Shown piece by piece: positions 40,961 to 55,320 of a stretch of DNA of 64,000 bases. The DNA is from Eledone cirrhosa (lineage: Eukaryota). Location: NCBI GenBank assembly GCA_964016885.1, contig OZ024740.1, positions 185,070,001 to 185,134,000 on the forward strand, written 5' to 3'. Below the pieces are notes generated by a model. The model was not told the DNA's origin. It ran no database searches and saw nothing but the letters and a program-made list of their open reading frames with translations. Numbering within the stretch: the stretch's first letter is position 1; each line of letters starts with the position of its first letter. The position numbers were made by a program, and so were the translations under genes.

Positions 40961-42281
40961 TCATTTCATTTGTCACTGCAAAAAATGTGAAATGATAGAT
41001 CTGGGGCCCCTATCATTAAAGCACTCAAGAAACCTCCTATGAAATGCGATCTCATAGGAGACCAGCCTAATGTGCATGGGTGTGCGATGCAACAACATAT
41101 ATGTATGTGTGTAGGTTGGGCATGCTTATAGAACCAATGTAATTATATATTTTTGTTTGTCTCCCAATCGTTATTAAAGTGAATGTTCTACTTAAAACAC
41201 TGCAATAAAAGAAAGGTACATAAAATGTGATTTATTATACATTCACATAAAGTGTGTTTTAGAGTTGACATCTTGGGGGTTGTAATTTAGAATATCAGAC
41301 AAAAGTTTTAGTTCAAAGAATTTAGAATATTCTAAATTAGAAACAATATTTTGGAATTCAAGTTGAATATATTTCTTTGTTTCTTTGTATACATATGTTT
41401 TGTTATTATAGATTCTTATATATTTATTGTTTTTGCATAAGCTATGTCATGCAACATTTTGGGATAGATTACTTGTATCAAGAGAAAATAATAAAGAACT
41501 TGTATGTCTTAATAAACCTGATTTGTTTGTCAATTCTAATGATTTTATCATTACAAATACACATTTTTTAGTGTATGGAAAATTTTGTTTCTTCAACACG
41601 AGTAGATAAACACATTTTTTTAGTAAGTGCTTAAGTAAATTAGAAAGACTTATTTGCATATATAATGTATTCCAGCATCTAGTTCAATTGATGAATTAGC
41701 AGTGCACACAAAAAGTTTTGCTTCAATGCTATACTGTGCAACAAAATATTTCTATAGATTTTTAGCCAATGCTGTATGCATAGACATATGTAACTGTCAT
41801 CTCCTTATATATAGCGGCATCAAGGACAGAAAAAGAGAAACCAGTCAGAATACTATTTATTCTGTGCTGGAATTTTATTAGTGAATATGTATCCTGTCCA
41901 CAGAATTTTTTCTTCTAAACCTACTATAAGTTAGTTAGATATGACAAAATCTCAGAGCTCATACAATTACCAAGTGGGATAGAACTTGACAAATTGGATG
42001 CATTGCCTGGTCTGGGAATGAAACTCACAACCTCACAATTGCGAATCTAGTTCTCTAACCACTAAGCATCACATACACAAGACTTAAGCGGTCTAGCTTA
42101 TTTAGGATATTTGCTCCACAACGATACAATATATTATGAGTTTGTGTGTGTGGTGGATCAAATATGAAGTATTCAGAATATGCCTGTGGTGATTCCTGCA
42201 TGAATGCAAGGCATGCCTAAGGCATGTAAATGAATACAAATTAATCTGATTTTAATATAAATATTTCATTTTTAGAAAATA

Positions 42282-43520
42282 ATAAGCCACTACACTTAGC
42301 TTTTGTTGACCTAGAGAAGGCCTTTGATAGGGTACCCCAATCTGTCATCTGGTGATCCCTAAGGAAACTAGGTGTAGAGGAATGGCTTGTGAGGATAGTG
42401 CAAGCTATGTACAGGGGTGTTGTCAGTAAAGTGAGAATAGGAATGGAGTTTAGTGAGGAATTTCCAGATACAAGTAGGTGTACATCAGGGTTCGGTCCTC
42501 AGCCTGCTCTTGTTCATTATAGCCCTCCAAGTCATAACAGAGGAGTTTAAGACTGACTGCCAATGGGAACTTCTCTATGCTGATGATCTGGTTCTTATAG
42601 CAGAATCAGTAGAAGAGCTAGAGAATAAATTCTGGCTATGGAAACAGCAGTTGGAATCAAGAGGCCTGAGAGTGAACATAGCTAAAACAAAAGTGTTGAT
42701 AAGTAGAAGAGATTACTATACTCTGATTCCATCGGGGAAATGGCCATGTTCGATATATAGGAAAGGAACTGGCATAAATTCCATAAAATGTACGCAATGC
42801 AGATCTTGGGTACACAAGAGATGTAGTGGGATAGCAGGCATAATAACAGGTATGGAAAACTACATATGCAGTAGATGTACAGGGAAAGTTGGCAGTAGTA
42901 ATCGCAGTGATACACATTTTTCCAATGCAGGAGGTTTCTATAGAAGTGGTTGATAGCTTCCGGTACCTAGGTGATCAGATTAGCATGGGAGGGGGTTTCC
43001 GAGGCCATAGTATCTAGAATAAGGATGGGTTGGAAGAAGTTTAGGGAGCTGCTTCCTCTGTTGATAAAGGTTTCTCTCTGCGTATGAAAGTGCAGTTAAA
43101 TGATGCCTGTGTGAGATGCACGATGCTGCATGGTAGTGAGACATGGGCAGCAACTGCAGAAGATATGCGATAGCTGGAGAGAAATGAAGCAAGCATGCTC
43201 CGTTGGATGTGCAATGCCAATGTGCGAGAATGACCAAGCATAGACGAGTTGAAAAAGAAACTGGGTATAAGAGGGATAAGTTGTGGTGTGCAGGAGAGAA
43301 GGCTGAGATGGTATGGACATGTGATGCACATGGAGGTTGACTGCTGGGTAAAGAAGTGCCAAGAAATCCCAGTAGAAGGAAGACGCAGTAGAGGTAGACC
43401 ACGAAAAACATGGGCAGAGGTGGTGACGAAGAACTCTGACAAGTGGAGAGATGCTGTGCTGAATAGGACCCATCCATCCCTTGCAAGCAGGGAAAAGCGG
43501 ACGTAAAATGATGATGATGA
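42282..43520 (+). pseudogene. Decayed RTE LINE 3' half, related to 34631-37046
   Basis: AFVDLEKAFDRV, GVHQGSVLS, LYADD, the Cys finger and RLRWYGHV, with several stops and frameshifts; (GAT)n tail. Confidence 0.93.
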
Positions 43521-43654
43521 GAGACAGCTGAAAAAGGAGTACATATATGTTTTCTATACACTTCTTCAATTATAAAGTTTTGATTCTTAATATTGAATCA
43601 TGATGATGACACACTCAAATATGTGTATGCTTTTTGTGCTCTGAACTTCAAAAT

Positions 43655-43935
43655 ATCTAAGGTCTGTCTCAGGCCTGAAGCTCCATCAGGCCAGTGCCTA
43701 TCCCACTCCTCATATTGCTAAGTGACAAAGAGTACAAGATTTATGCCTGGATAGAACGATATTCCATCACAGGTTTATGCCCCAAGACACTACTTGCTCT
43801 CATTTTCGGCTGAGTGTACTGGAGCATTGTGAAATTAAGTGTTTTTCTCAAGAAAACAACATAACCCAGTCCACGAATCAAACCCATGACATTATGATCG
43901 TAAGATCAAGATATTTGCCATTAAGCCACATACCT
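43655..43935 (-). mobile_element. Decayed tRNA-derived SINE
   Basis: Minus strand GTGGCTTAATGG..GGGTTTGATTC (A and B boxes), then GTTGTTTTCTTGAGAAAAACACTT; a similar head lies near 42005-42067. Confidence 0.6.
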
Positions 43936-45774
43936 CTACATCCAACTTCTCATGATATACCAGTCTGTACCATCTGTAATTGGTGCATGCCAGATACCAG
44001 GTTTCTGCAAATGATTTGCCTGTTCATCTTTTCCTTTGTCTATTTCTCCTTCCATCCACTAATCTCAAGTAGAATGTTCTCTGCCAGGCCACTGAATCAC
44101 GATAGAGAACTGTATCCTCTTAATGCTCTTTTCTTCACTATTTTCAGATGGCCTTCACACACATACACATGTATATATTTGAGTACATGTGTGTATGTGC
44201 ATGCACAAACATGCATACATATAAACAAACATACATACATATAATTTGTTGATTATGTTGCATTTACATAAGCATTAAGCAAACACATTAAACATTCTGA
44301 GAGTGCAGTGCAACTAATTCTGTTCATTGTTGTTACATCATATTGTTTATTGATTTCACACCATTTTAGTGAGTGATATAACCTTTCTTTTGCCTTTTGT
44401 TTTATTTTTCTTTCTAAAATTTTCTTTAATGGTTTTTAAAGTCTTATCTGAGAATTAAAAATCAAAATCAAAAATATATAAATATGTAGTAAATAGAGAA
44501 AAATAATTAAAAATATCAATAAATGAAAAGTATATAAATTTAAAGCTATTTTTTTTAACCAAAATATATTGTGTTTAACTGGAATTACATCATATATATC
44601 TTCAGAGCTAGTCTTCACATGTGATCTATACATAATCACACACACACACACACACACATATACATCAACCCATACACATGGACTTATATGCAGACACATG
44701 TACACACATTTGAACATACACACAATCAGGGACACACCCATACTTTAGATTACGTTATACATATCTTCCTACAGCTTGTTTTCACATGCATCTATGCTTC
44801 ATCACACATATGTACTCATGCACACACTTATGTACTAGCCAACACTCAGACACACACACTGACATACATACGTACATCACCATCTCACACAATCTCTTTC
44901 ATCACACTCTCACATATATGCACATGCACAGACCCATATAATCTCATTCATGCATACACATATATACATGCACACATGAATAAATACATATAATCAAATA
45001 ATCAGTAACCCATATAATACATACAGACACACACAGATACACACACATATATATATCGATATAATTATAATCACGTACATCTACATAAACACACACACAC
45101 ATATATATAATTATAATCACATACACAGATATACACACATAAAATCATATACGTGTATACACATATACACACACATCTACTCAAATATGCATATATCTAC
45201 AACTACATACACATATACTCACATGAAATCATATACATAGATACACATATACACACACTTATATGAAATTATATACATATATACACTTATATATATATAT
45301 AAACACTTATATATATATATACACACAGATACACACAAAATCATAGACATAAAATTATATACACATATACACACATAAAATCACATACATATTTATATAC
45401 GCATACATATACTCACATAAAATCATATACCTATATAAATATATACACATATCTTCATGCTCAAGCCCACGTATAATCAACGAAATAAACCATGATTTGC
45501 CATTTTCTTTCGCAATTTCCAATTTTTTTTTACTTCAAATTTCATTGCATTATTTTTCTTCTCAGTTTTCGATATTCATTTTATTATTTCAGTGCATAAA
45601 ATAATTTTTGTGAGATCAAAGAAATATGTAATATATACTTTATTAAACACTCCTTTAAATGAGAAGAAAATATAAAAAGTTGCTTTGCTGCTTTCTAAAA
45701 TCTATTTTGCTATCATTATTTTTATTTTGCTAATACTATTGATTTTTGTGCAATTTTCAATTTATATATGTAGC

Positions 45775-45812
<38 letters not shown>

Positions 45813-45841
45813 AGTGTGCAGTTTTGTATGTGGCATATACA

Positions 45842-45879
<38 letters not shown>

Positions 45880-47155
45880 AATAGGAAAAGCAATGAAGTT
45901 TCGTTTACATGTATTTGTTTTTTTTTGTGTGTAAATGTGTTGGTTGGGTGTTTCTCTGTTTTAATAGTATAAACGGACTGTTTATAAAATGACAAATTTA
46001 TAAAGGGTCTCATAGAGCATATTCAAGAGTGACTTCTGATACTTAAGCCTAAGAATGGAATGATAAAAACTATATAATTGAAGTAGAATCCATATAGCAT
46101 ATGTTACCTCTTTTCGATCTTTCTCCCTTAAAAATGCAAGATTTGTATTAGTCAGATTTATGTTATCCTTTGCATGTTTTACATCCATGGAGAAATTTCC
46201 ATTGAATGTAGCATATATGATTTTTGTTTGTAGCATATATCTAAATAGCTTATATGTAAATAGTTTTATGCTTCTGTCCAAAAGATTGAATGCAGTGATT
46301 TCCATTGAACTTTTGCAGAAGTTGCAGAAGCTGAAGTCTGCTGTATATCAGAATGTCTAATTTTCTCAATACTAGCAAGAAACCATCATGTAGAAATAAT
46401 TACCATAGAAATAGTCATCGTCAATATTTTACGTTTATTTTTCCATAATAGCAACATTTAAATGAGTTTTCCCACATAACCTTGCCTTCTTTTGTCATCT
46501 ATTTCCTAACGTTCAGCCTCCTTTGACACCTTTACCTATGTCTTCCATGGTGTTCTTTTACAAGTTTCCTTCATTTGTATTCTTTCTGCAAATCTTTACC
46601 TAATTGTTTTCCTCCATATACATAATATGACTGTAGCAATGTGGTACATGTGATTTTCTTCTGATTAGTTTTTCTGTCAGCTTATTTGTGCTCATTTGTT
46701 CATGAACATGTCCATTGCTATTCCAGTGGCTGGAGTGAGGAAGGGTATTCAAGCATAGAAAGTTTGCCAAGTAAAGGGCTGAGGGGTATGCTTAATCATG
46801 TCAAGGATATGTCAGCCTCCGTAGTGTTGGTGACCTACATGATAAACACAGCCAGTACTTGTAGCAGGGTAGTTGGTAACAGGAAATTTATCCAGCTGGA
46901 GACCCACCCAACGTTTGCTAGCTGGGAAAGTGGATATTAAAATGATGATTTACCCTATTTCTTTCCAGTCTGCCCCAATCTTTGATAACAATGCATGTTA
47001 TATTCTAGCATTATAAAATATGCTTTTCACTCAACGAGAGGTACCCTTTCCTGTCTGTAGAGGAATTTTATCCATGTACTTGTTCCACTCCATTCTTACT
47101 CTGACAACTATGAATTTCGATTACCTTCCTCCATCGCTAATTTTATCATCTAGAT

Positions 47156-47473
47156 CAGGAGTTCTCAACCTGGTCCATGTGGACCACTAGTGGTCCACAG
47201 GAACATTCATGTTGTCCACAGAAAATTTTCTAACATGCATTTGACTTAAAGCGCTGTTCTTATTCTTCGCATAAGTACGACTTCAGCTGTTTATTTGCGT
47301 AGATTTTTAGGCACTGCGACATGATAATAGCATTTTCTAATTCATTGAAAAAAAAACATCTACTGATGCTTATAAGTAGCAGTTCTATTACAAAAGATTT
47401 TAAAGTTTAGGTGGTCCACAGGAAAAGATTACTTATTTTGGTGGTCCACAGCGAAAAAGGTTGAGAACCCCTG
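47156..47473. mobile_element. hAT (Charlie-like) MITE
   Basis: TIR CAGGAGTTCTCAACC / GGTTGAGAACCCCTG; perfect 8-bp TSD ATCTAGAT (47148-47155, 47474-47481); repeated subterminal GTGGTCCAC motifs. Confidence 0.93.
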
Positions 47474-47867
47474 ATCTAGATAACAAAAGCTAATTTAACA
47501 GTGTATATGGAGTATGGTCATTTTTCTGATGGCAATAATATCCTGCCTTCTTTCTTTGAACTGATGATTTGAGTTATAAATATGAATTTAAGTCCACACA
47601 GTTCAAGCTTTAGCTTCTAAATTTAGAATTTCCGCATTATTTCATTGATCGATCCAGCTCCGAGAATAAGAGATCACACTGTACAGATCTTCCAATTAAT
47701 AGGTGATTTTAGATTCCTCTATTATAGCTTAGAGAACTATTATATACTGAAGGTGACTGGGATCTGAGTCTTGATAGACACCAACCGGCATGATAAGTCC
47801 CTAGGTAAATGAATTCTTAATTCTCAGCTTAGTGACTGCATCTCTCTATGTAGATATGAGAAGCTAT

Positions 47868-47910
47868 TCATCATCATCATCATCATTTTACGTCCGCTTT
47901 TCCCTGCTTG
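47868..47910 (-). mobile_element. RTE 3' tail fragment
   Basis: CATCATCATTTTACGTCCGCTTTTCCCTGCTTG is the reverse complement of about 43484-43520. Confidence 0.85.
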
Positions 47911-47926
47911 ACATCTACATCTAATT

Positions 47927-49343
47927 TTGTTAAAGTTCACGAGAGTACAAATCGTAGTATCTAGTGAAGAAATGCATATCATTTTAACTGCACGGAAAAC
48001 CTTAATTAAATTCAACAACCATCTTTGGACTAGAGCGGATAGAAATATTAATTTCGATATCACCATGGGGTCATCGGACTCGGTGCAGATAACGGATCTT
48101 GTGGGGCTATTTATTAATAATGCAATACATAGAAAACTACCTGAGATAACCGGTGGTTTATATCGTGATGATATGCTGCTTTTAATTGAAAATAATAGTA
48201 ATTGTGAAATTAATAGAAAAAGAAAATCAATAATACAATTGTTTAATAGCTACAATCTTAAGTTAGAAATAGAGAATAACTATAAAATTGTAAACTTTTT
48301 AGACATAACATTAAACCTTAATACAGGGCTCTACTATCCATTCCATGAAATTAATGAGAACTTAAACTATGTAAGCTTCAACTCTAATCATCCTAGATCT
48401 ATTAAGAACACTATTGTAAATTCTGTACAACAACGTATTTCTCGAATCTCTGCGAATAAAAACATATTTGACGATAAGGCAGAATATTATAATGAAGCTT
48501 TAATTAGAGAAGGCTATATAAATATGATTAAATACATCGAATACATCGACAAGCTAAATAACCATAATATTAATTATAATTACAATAAGAAACCTAACAT
48601 AAACTCTAAAACTAACAGAAGAAATAAAACTAGAAATATAATTTGGTATGCACCTCCATTTTCACTAAGTATTAATAAACCTTTAGCTAAACTATTTTTT
48701 AAAGCTCTAGATAAATGTTTTCCCAAAGCACATAGATACCACTCAATCTTTAACAGACATACAATAAAACTATCTTACTCTACTACTATGAACTTAGCAC
48801 AAAATATAAATAGAATCAATAATAGAAATCTAAACCATAACCAAAATAGCACTAATACTTCTAGCAATACCCAACATAATAATACCGTTCTGAATAACAT
48901 CAACTCTGCTAAATGTAATTGTAGAATTAAATCAAACTGTCCTTTAAAAAATAAGTGCCTAGATAAATATGTGGTCTGTAAATGCACTGTCAAAACTAAT
49001 GATATTATATTTAACTATGTAGATTCAAATTCTACAGACTTCAAATCTCGTTTCAATAATCACAAATGCTCGTTTAATAATATTGGTAAAAATATTCAAC
49101 TTCTCTATCAAACCTGATATGGAACTTAAAATCTAAAAATAAAGACTATTCTTTAACTTGGGATATAATTTCAAAAAAGCACCTGCCTACAAAAACACAG
49201 CTTTATCTAGATTTTGCAAATTGTGTGTTGAGGAAATTTTCTTCATACTTAAATGTAAGAACTATATTTATATACGTATGAATTTATTTAGTTCTTGTAA
49301 ACATCGCCTATATTCAACGTTTAGAACTATATATAAAATATAA
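47927..49343 (+). pseudogene. Naiad-clade PLE RT C-terminal half plus decayed GIY-YIG
   Basis: FDITMGSSDSVQITDLVGL, GGLYRDD, VNFLDITLNL, SNHP, WYAPPFS, IKLSYS, CNCR..CPL..C. GIY-YIG motifs decayed to VVC/YVD; frameshifts near 49090 and 49170. Confidence 0.92.
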
Positions 49344-50580
49344 TTACATTTATAATTTTTTCTACATATTGTTTACTTTATTCCAATGCCTATAATTTCA
49401 CTTATTAAATTTTTTTAAATTTTAAGTTTAACTCTAATTTTAATATTTTTTACTTCTTAAATCTTTATTTTTTATTGCTTAAATCTTTCATTTTTTAGTT
49501 TACTTCCAAAATATCTCATTTTTTATTTTATTTCTAAAATATCTCATATATTTAAAAATTACTTATTTTTAAAAATTACTTATTTCTTAAAAAAATTACT
49601 TTTTAAAGATTATTTAAATTTTTTTTTATAATTAATTTTAAATATTTTTAAACATTTTAAATAGTTGAAGTACTTTTTAAGTATTTTTATTTTTTTAAAG
49701 GTTTTTTTTTAGTATCTTCTGAGAAATTTTTCAAGAAATTTTTTCCAGAATTTTTTCCAGAACTTTTAATATTTTTAAATTGTTTTATATTTTTTTATAG
49801 TTTTTAATACTTTAAATATTTTTTAATTATTTGATATTAGAGTTATAACTAATTCTGACTAAATATATGTTTCAACATTTATATTTTCGTCAAAATGGTC
49901 TCATACTAACAAAACTGGGATTTTCAGTATCTTCCCAATTTAAAACATTAAAAACATATAAATAATCTTATTAACTCAGTTAATTTAATTACTTACACTA
50001 AATATAAACCAGTATCCTTCATAACTTATTAAAACAATTATCTATAACATGATATACCCATTTATCCACTCATATATCTATTCTTCTATCTATATTTTTC
50101 TATCTATTGATTCTCCTATTTTCTACTTTATATCTATTTATTTTCAATTTATTTTTCAATATATCTTTATATATATTTTCTCTATATATCTATTTTTTCT
50201 ATATACTTATAATAGTAAATAGTGTATTGTATTATATTAGAATTCTAACAATAATTAGTAAATATACGTAACATTAATATAAACTTAAGACTTATTTACG
50301 TTACATGAGTTCATCCTCTGATACATTTCTTTCTTCTCTCTATCTCTCTACTTATCTCATAACAGTAATTTCTTTTTCTCTCTCTCTTTTTTTCTCTTTC
50401 TTCCCTATCTTTCCTCAGCGTAATTTAAATAAACGGTTGCTTTTTCAATTTTTCATACATTCATTTGCATATTCACACATTACTTTGAATTACCCCTAAT
50501 AAGTTTCCACAATCCAGCGAATTTCCGACCGTTAAGGTTGATTTCCATGGGTATGTCGTTATTTATAAAACAAATTTTGT

Positions 50581-50643
50581 ATTTTATCTGATGAAAGCGC
50601 ACCAAGATTGGCTTGGTCACCCTTTAAATATATATAATAAAAT
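50581..50643 (+). ncRNA. Hammerhead relic (G12 to T) downstream of the Naiad ORF
   Basis: ATTTTAT CTGATGA ..ACCAAG-ATTGG-CTTGGT.. TAAA TATATA TA ATAAAAT; perfect 7-bp stem I. Confidence 0.7.
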
Positions 50644-50772
50644 AAATATGGCTTTATAAATATAGTTTCCATTTATTAATATCTTAGTATATATATAAGA
50701 TGGTTAAGATTCAGTCATGGTAGTCACTACCATGACTGAATCTACTATGTCAGGGTATGTCATGCATCATCT

Positions 50773-50839
50773 TATTTTATCTGATGAGGACGTACTGTTG
50801 AAGTTAACTCAGTACCTCTGAAATATGTATAATAGAATA
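50773..50839 (+). ncRNA. Hammerhead ribozyme, intact core
   Basis: TATTTTAT CTGATGA GGA-C-GTACTG..CAGTAC-C-TCT GAAA TATGTA TA ATAGAATA. Confidence 0.85.
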
Positions 50840-51049
50840 TACTTGATCACAAGAATATCTATTTTGTTAATATTTTGAATTAATATATATATACACATAT
50901 ATACAAATATACATATATATATACATATATAAATGCATATATATATATATATACATATACCTATCATCAAGATCATCATCCTTTAATGTCCATTTTTCCA
51001 TGCTGGCATATACATATACATATGTATGTGCATACACACACACATATAC

Positions 51050-51111
<62 letters not shown>

Positions 51112-51323
51112 GTGTATGTGTGTGTGTATGCACATGCATATGTATATGTATATGCCAGCATGGAAAAATGGACATTAAAGGATGATGATCTTGATGATAG
51201 GTATATGTATATATATATATATGCATATGCATTTATATATGTATATATATGTATATTTGTATATATGTGTATATATATATTAATTCAAAATATTAACAAA
51301 ATAGATATTCTTGTGATCAAATA

Positions 51324-51390
51324 TATTTTATTATACATATTTCAGAGGTACTGAGTTAACTTCAACAGTACGTCCTCATCAGATAAAATA
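51324..51390 (-). ncRNA. Hammerhead ribozyme, mirror copy of 50773-50839 with a perfect 8-bp stem I
   Basis: TCATCAG at 51376-51382; TTTC at 51340-51343. Confidence 0.85.
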
Positions 51391-51720
51391 AGATGATTAC
51401 AGACATACAGATACATTAGCCCTAAATTTTAGATTTACAGACACTTTTTCACTATGCGTATACATATGAGCATACACATATATGCACATCTGTGAGCGTA
51501 TTTAGATACATATATACACACCTAACTATATTTTCTTGATAGATTTTTATGTGTTTCAATCTCTATTTCATTGGTCTATTCAAAATCTGTTCCCAAACAG
51601 ACCTATTGTATTGAATTGTTGTTATTATCAATAAATAAGCATCATTATTTCTGAAGACAGCATATATATGTGAAGGTATGTATATTCCCTCTGATAGTTT
51701 GTATAATTTTGTACATAGAT

Positions 51721-51776
51721 CTTTTGAAGATGCATACCAATTCTAACACATATATGTCCTAGAAACGATCGTAAAA
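51721..51776 (+). ncRNA. Probable decayed hammerhead
   Basis: TT TTGAAGA..GAAA CGATCG TA AA: palindromic stem III, but stem II is poor and C3 is T. Confidence 0.4.
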
Positions 51777-51978
51777 TAATGAACTTTTTTTGTTTAATAT
51801 AAGGAACTGTTTCTTTGTTTATTCATTATTTTTTTAATAATTTATCTTGACTCTGTTTTCCGTTTATCTTTCACCGAAAGTGGTTTTTGAATGCATCTCT
51901 TCTTTTCATGATATCCGGATTACATTCAGTTCTTCATACGGATTGGACACTACCGTAAACTTTTGGTAGATTTATCTA

Positions 51979-51980
51979 CA

Positions 51981-52039
<59 letters not shown>

Positions 52040-52723
52040 ATATATATATATATGTGTATATATATATATAAGTATATATACATATATATATGTGTATATA
52101 TGTGTATATATATATATATGTGTATATATATATATAAGTATATATACATATATATGTGTATATATATGTATATATATATATATGTGTATATATATGTATA
52201 TATATATATATTGTGTATATATATGTATATATATATATATGTGTATATATATGTATATTTAAATATATATGTGTATATATATGTATATATACATATATAT
52301 GTGTATATATATGTATATATATGTGTGTATATATATGTATATATATATGTGTATATATATGTATATATATTTATATATGTGTATATATATGTATATATAC
52401 ATATATATGTGTATATATATGTATATATATTTATATATGTGTATATATATGTATATATACATATATATGTGTATATATATGTATATATATATGTATATAT
52501 ATGTATATATATATATGTGTATATACATATGTATATATATGTATATATGTATATATATATATATGTGTATATATATGTATATATATGTATATATATATGT
52601 ATATATATATATGTATAGATATATATGTATATATGTATATGTATATATGTATATGTATATATATGTATATATATATATGTATATATATATATATGTATAT
52701 ATATATATGTATATATATATATG

Positions 52724-52756
<33 letters not shown>

Positions 52757-53180
52757 GTATATATATGTGTATATATTTATATATGTGTATATATATGTAT
52801 ATATACATATATATGTGTATATATATGTATATATATTTATATATGTGTATATATATGTATATATACATATATATGTGTATATATATGTATATATATATGT
52901 ATATATGTATATATATATATGTGCATATACATATGTATATATATGTATATATGTGTATATATATGTATATATATGTATATATATATATGTATATATATAT
53001 ATGTATATATATATATGTATATATATGTGTATATGTATATATGTATATGTATATATATATATATGTATATATATATGTATATATATATATATGTATATGT
53101 ATATATATATATATGTATGTATATGTATATATATATATATGTATATATATATATGTATATATATATATGTATATATATAT
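51979..53180. repeat. (TA)nTG satellite array with local 60-bp higher-order units
   Basis: Visible; e.g. the unit repeating across 52341-52480. Confidence 0.97.
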
Positions 53181-53252
53181 GAAAACAAATAACGAAACTA
53201 AATTAAATTTCGTTTCGTTTGTAACTCACTTTTGTATGACTGACGCTTAAAC

Positions 53253-53673
53253 AATTAAGTTAAAAATGTACATCCACATATGTATACTGAAATACTAGTA
53301 TGCATATGAATACACACACGTGTACATATGTAGATGTACCGAGTTTTCACTGGTCACTTTACTGTGAGTGTACAGCTATTCTGTATGTAAACACACAGAC
53401 AAACCGGTTTTTAGAGTCATACTGGTTTTTGAGGAAACACCTTTCCTCTATTCTCCAGTCTGGCTTTCTGGAGAATAGAGGAAAGGTGTTTCCTCAAAAA
53501 CCAGTATGACTCTAAAAACCGGTTTGTCTGTGTGTTTACATACAGAATAGCTGGACACTCACAGTAAAGTGACCAGTGAAAACTCGGTACATCTACATAT
53601 GTACACGTGTGTGTATTCATATGCATACTAGTATTTCAGTATACATATGTGGATGTACATTTTTAACTTAATT
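53253..53673. repeat. Palindrome with 206-bp arms and a 9-nt spacer (53459-53467)
   Basis: One mismatch seen; mirrored pseudo-ORFs 53300-53509(+) and 53417-53626(-). Confidence 0.97.
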
Positions 53674-53976
53674 ATATATATATGTATATATATATATGTA
53701 TATATATATATGTTTATATATATATATATGTATATATATATATGTTTATATTTATGTATATATATATATGTATATATATATGTATATATATATGTATATA
53801 TATATGTATATATATATGTATATATATATGTATATATATATGTATATATATATATGTATATATATAAATGTATATATATACATATATATATATATGTATA
53901 TATATATATGTATATATATAAATGTATATATATATATGTATATATGTATATATATATATATATGTATATATATATG

Positions 53977-54011
<35 letters not shown>

Positions 54012-54202
54012 GTTTATATATATGTATGTATATATATATGTATATATATATGTATGTATATATATATATATGTATATATATATGTTTATATATATGTTTA
54101 TATATATGTATATATATATGTATATATGTATATGTATATATGTATATATATATATGTATATATATATATGTATATATATATATGTATGTATATATATATA
54201 TG

Positions 54203-54270
<68 letters not shown>

Positions 54271-54286
54271 TATGCATATATATATG

Positions 54287-54317
<31 letters not shown>

Positions 54318-54334
54318 GTTTATATATATGTATG

Positions 54335-54383
<49 letters not shown>

Positions 54384-54581
54384 GTTTATATATATGTATG
54401 TATATATATATGTATATATATATGTATGTATATATATATATATGTATATATATATGTATATATATATGTATATATATATGTATGTATATATATATGTATG
54501 TATATATAAATGCATATATATATGTATATATATGTATATGTATCTTGTATATATATATATGCATATATATATGTATATAAA

Positions 54582-54656
<75 letters not shown>

Positions 54657-54657
54657 G

Positions 54658-54712
<55 letters not shown>

Positions 54713-54713
54713 G

Positions 54714-54744
<31 letters not shown>

Positions 54745-54911
54745 GTATATATATGTATATATATATATATGTATATATATGTATATATATATATATGTAT
54801 GTATATATATATGTATATATATATGTATATATATATGTATATATATATGTATATATATATGTATATATATATGTATATATATATGTATATATATATGTAT
54901 ATATATATATG

Positions 54912-54974
<63 letters not shown>

Positions 54975-54989
54975 GTATATATATATATG

Positions 54990-55084
<95 letters not shown>

Positions 55085-55099
55085 GTATATATATATATG

Positions 55100-55162
<63 letters not shown>

Positions 55163-55220
55163 GTATATATATATATGTATATATATATATGTGTATATAT
55201 ATATATGTATATATATATAT
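53674..55220. repeat. (TA)nTG satellite array
   Basis: Directly visible. Confidence 0.97.
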
Positions 55221-55264
55221 AAGATATAATAAATAACAAAGAACGCCTATAGCATATGCATATC

Positions 55265-55320
55265 TTTACTTGCTAACATTGTTTCATCCGCACTATAAGT
55301 GGGACTCATCAGAGCATAAA
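55265..55320 (-). ncRNA. Hammerhead ribozyme ~45 bp from a (TA)n junction
   Basis: Minus strand: TTTA-TGCT CTGATGA GTCC-CACT-TAT-AGTG-C-GGAT GAAA CAATG TT AGCA-AG-TAAA. Confidence 0.82.

Larger units (their letters stand above)
50767..51396. repeat. ~630-bp imperfect palindrome centred on (TA)n near 51080
   Basis: The arms are reverse complements, giving mirrored pseudo-ORFs 50976-51161(-) and 51000-51185(+); a few substitutions and TA-length differences. Confidence 0.95.

Noticed and set aside
51651-51685. CTGAAGA motif (also 44599-44605 on the minus strand, 203-209, ~42580 and ~47562)
   Set aside because: No properly placed GAAA or stems; some are (GAT)n repeats or the YADD codons.
53468-53510. 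CTGGAGA..GAGGAAA/TTTCCTC..AAAA as a hammerhead in unit A
   Set aside because: Both core boxes deviate and no stem I forms.
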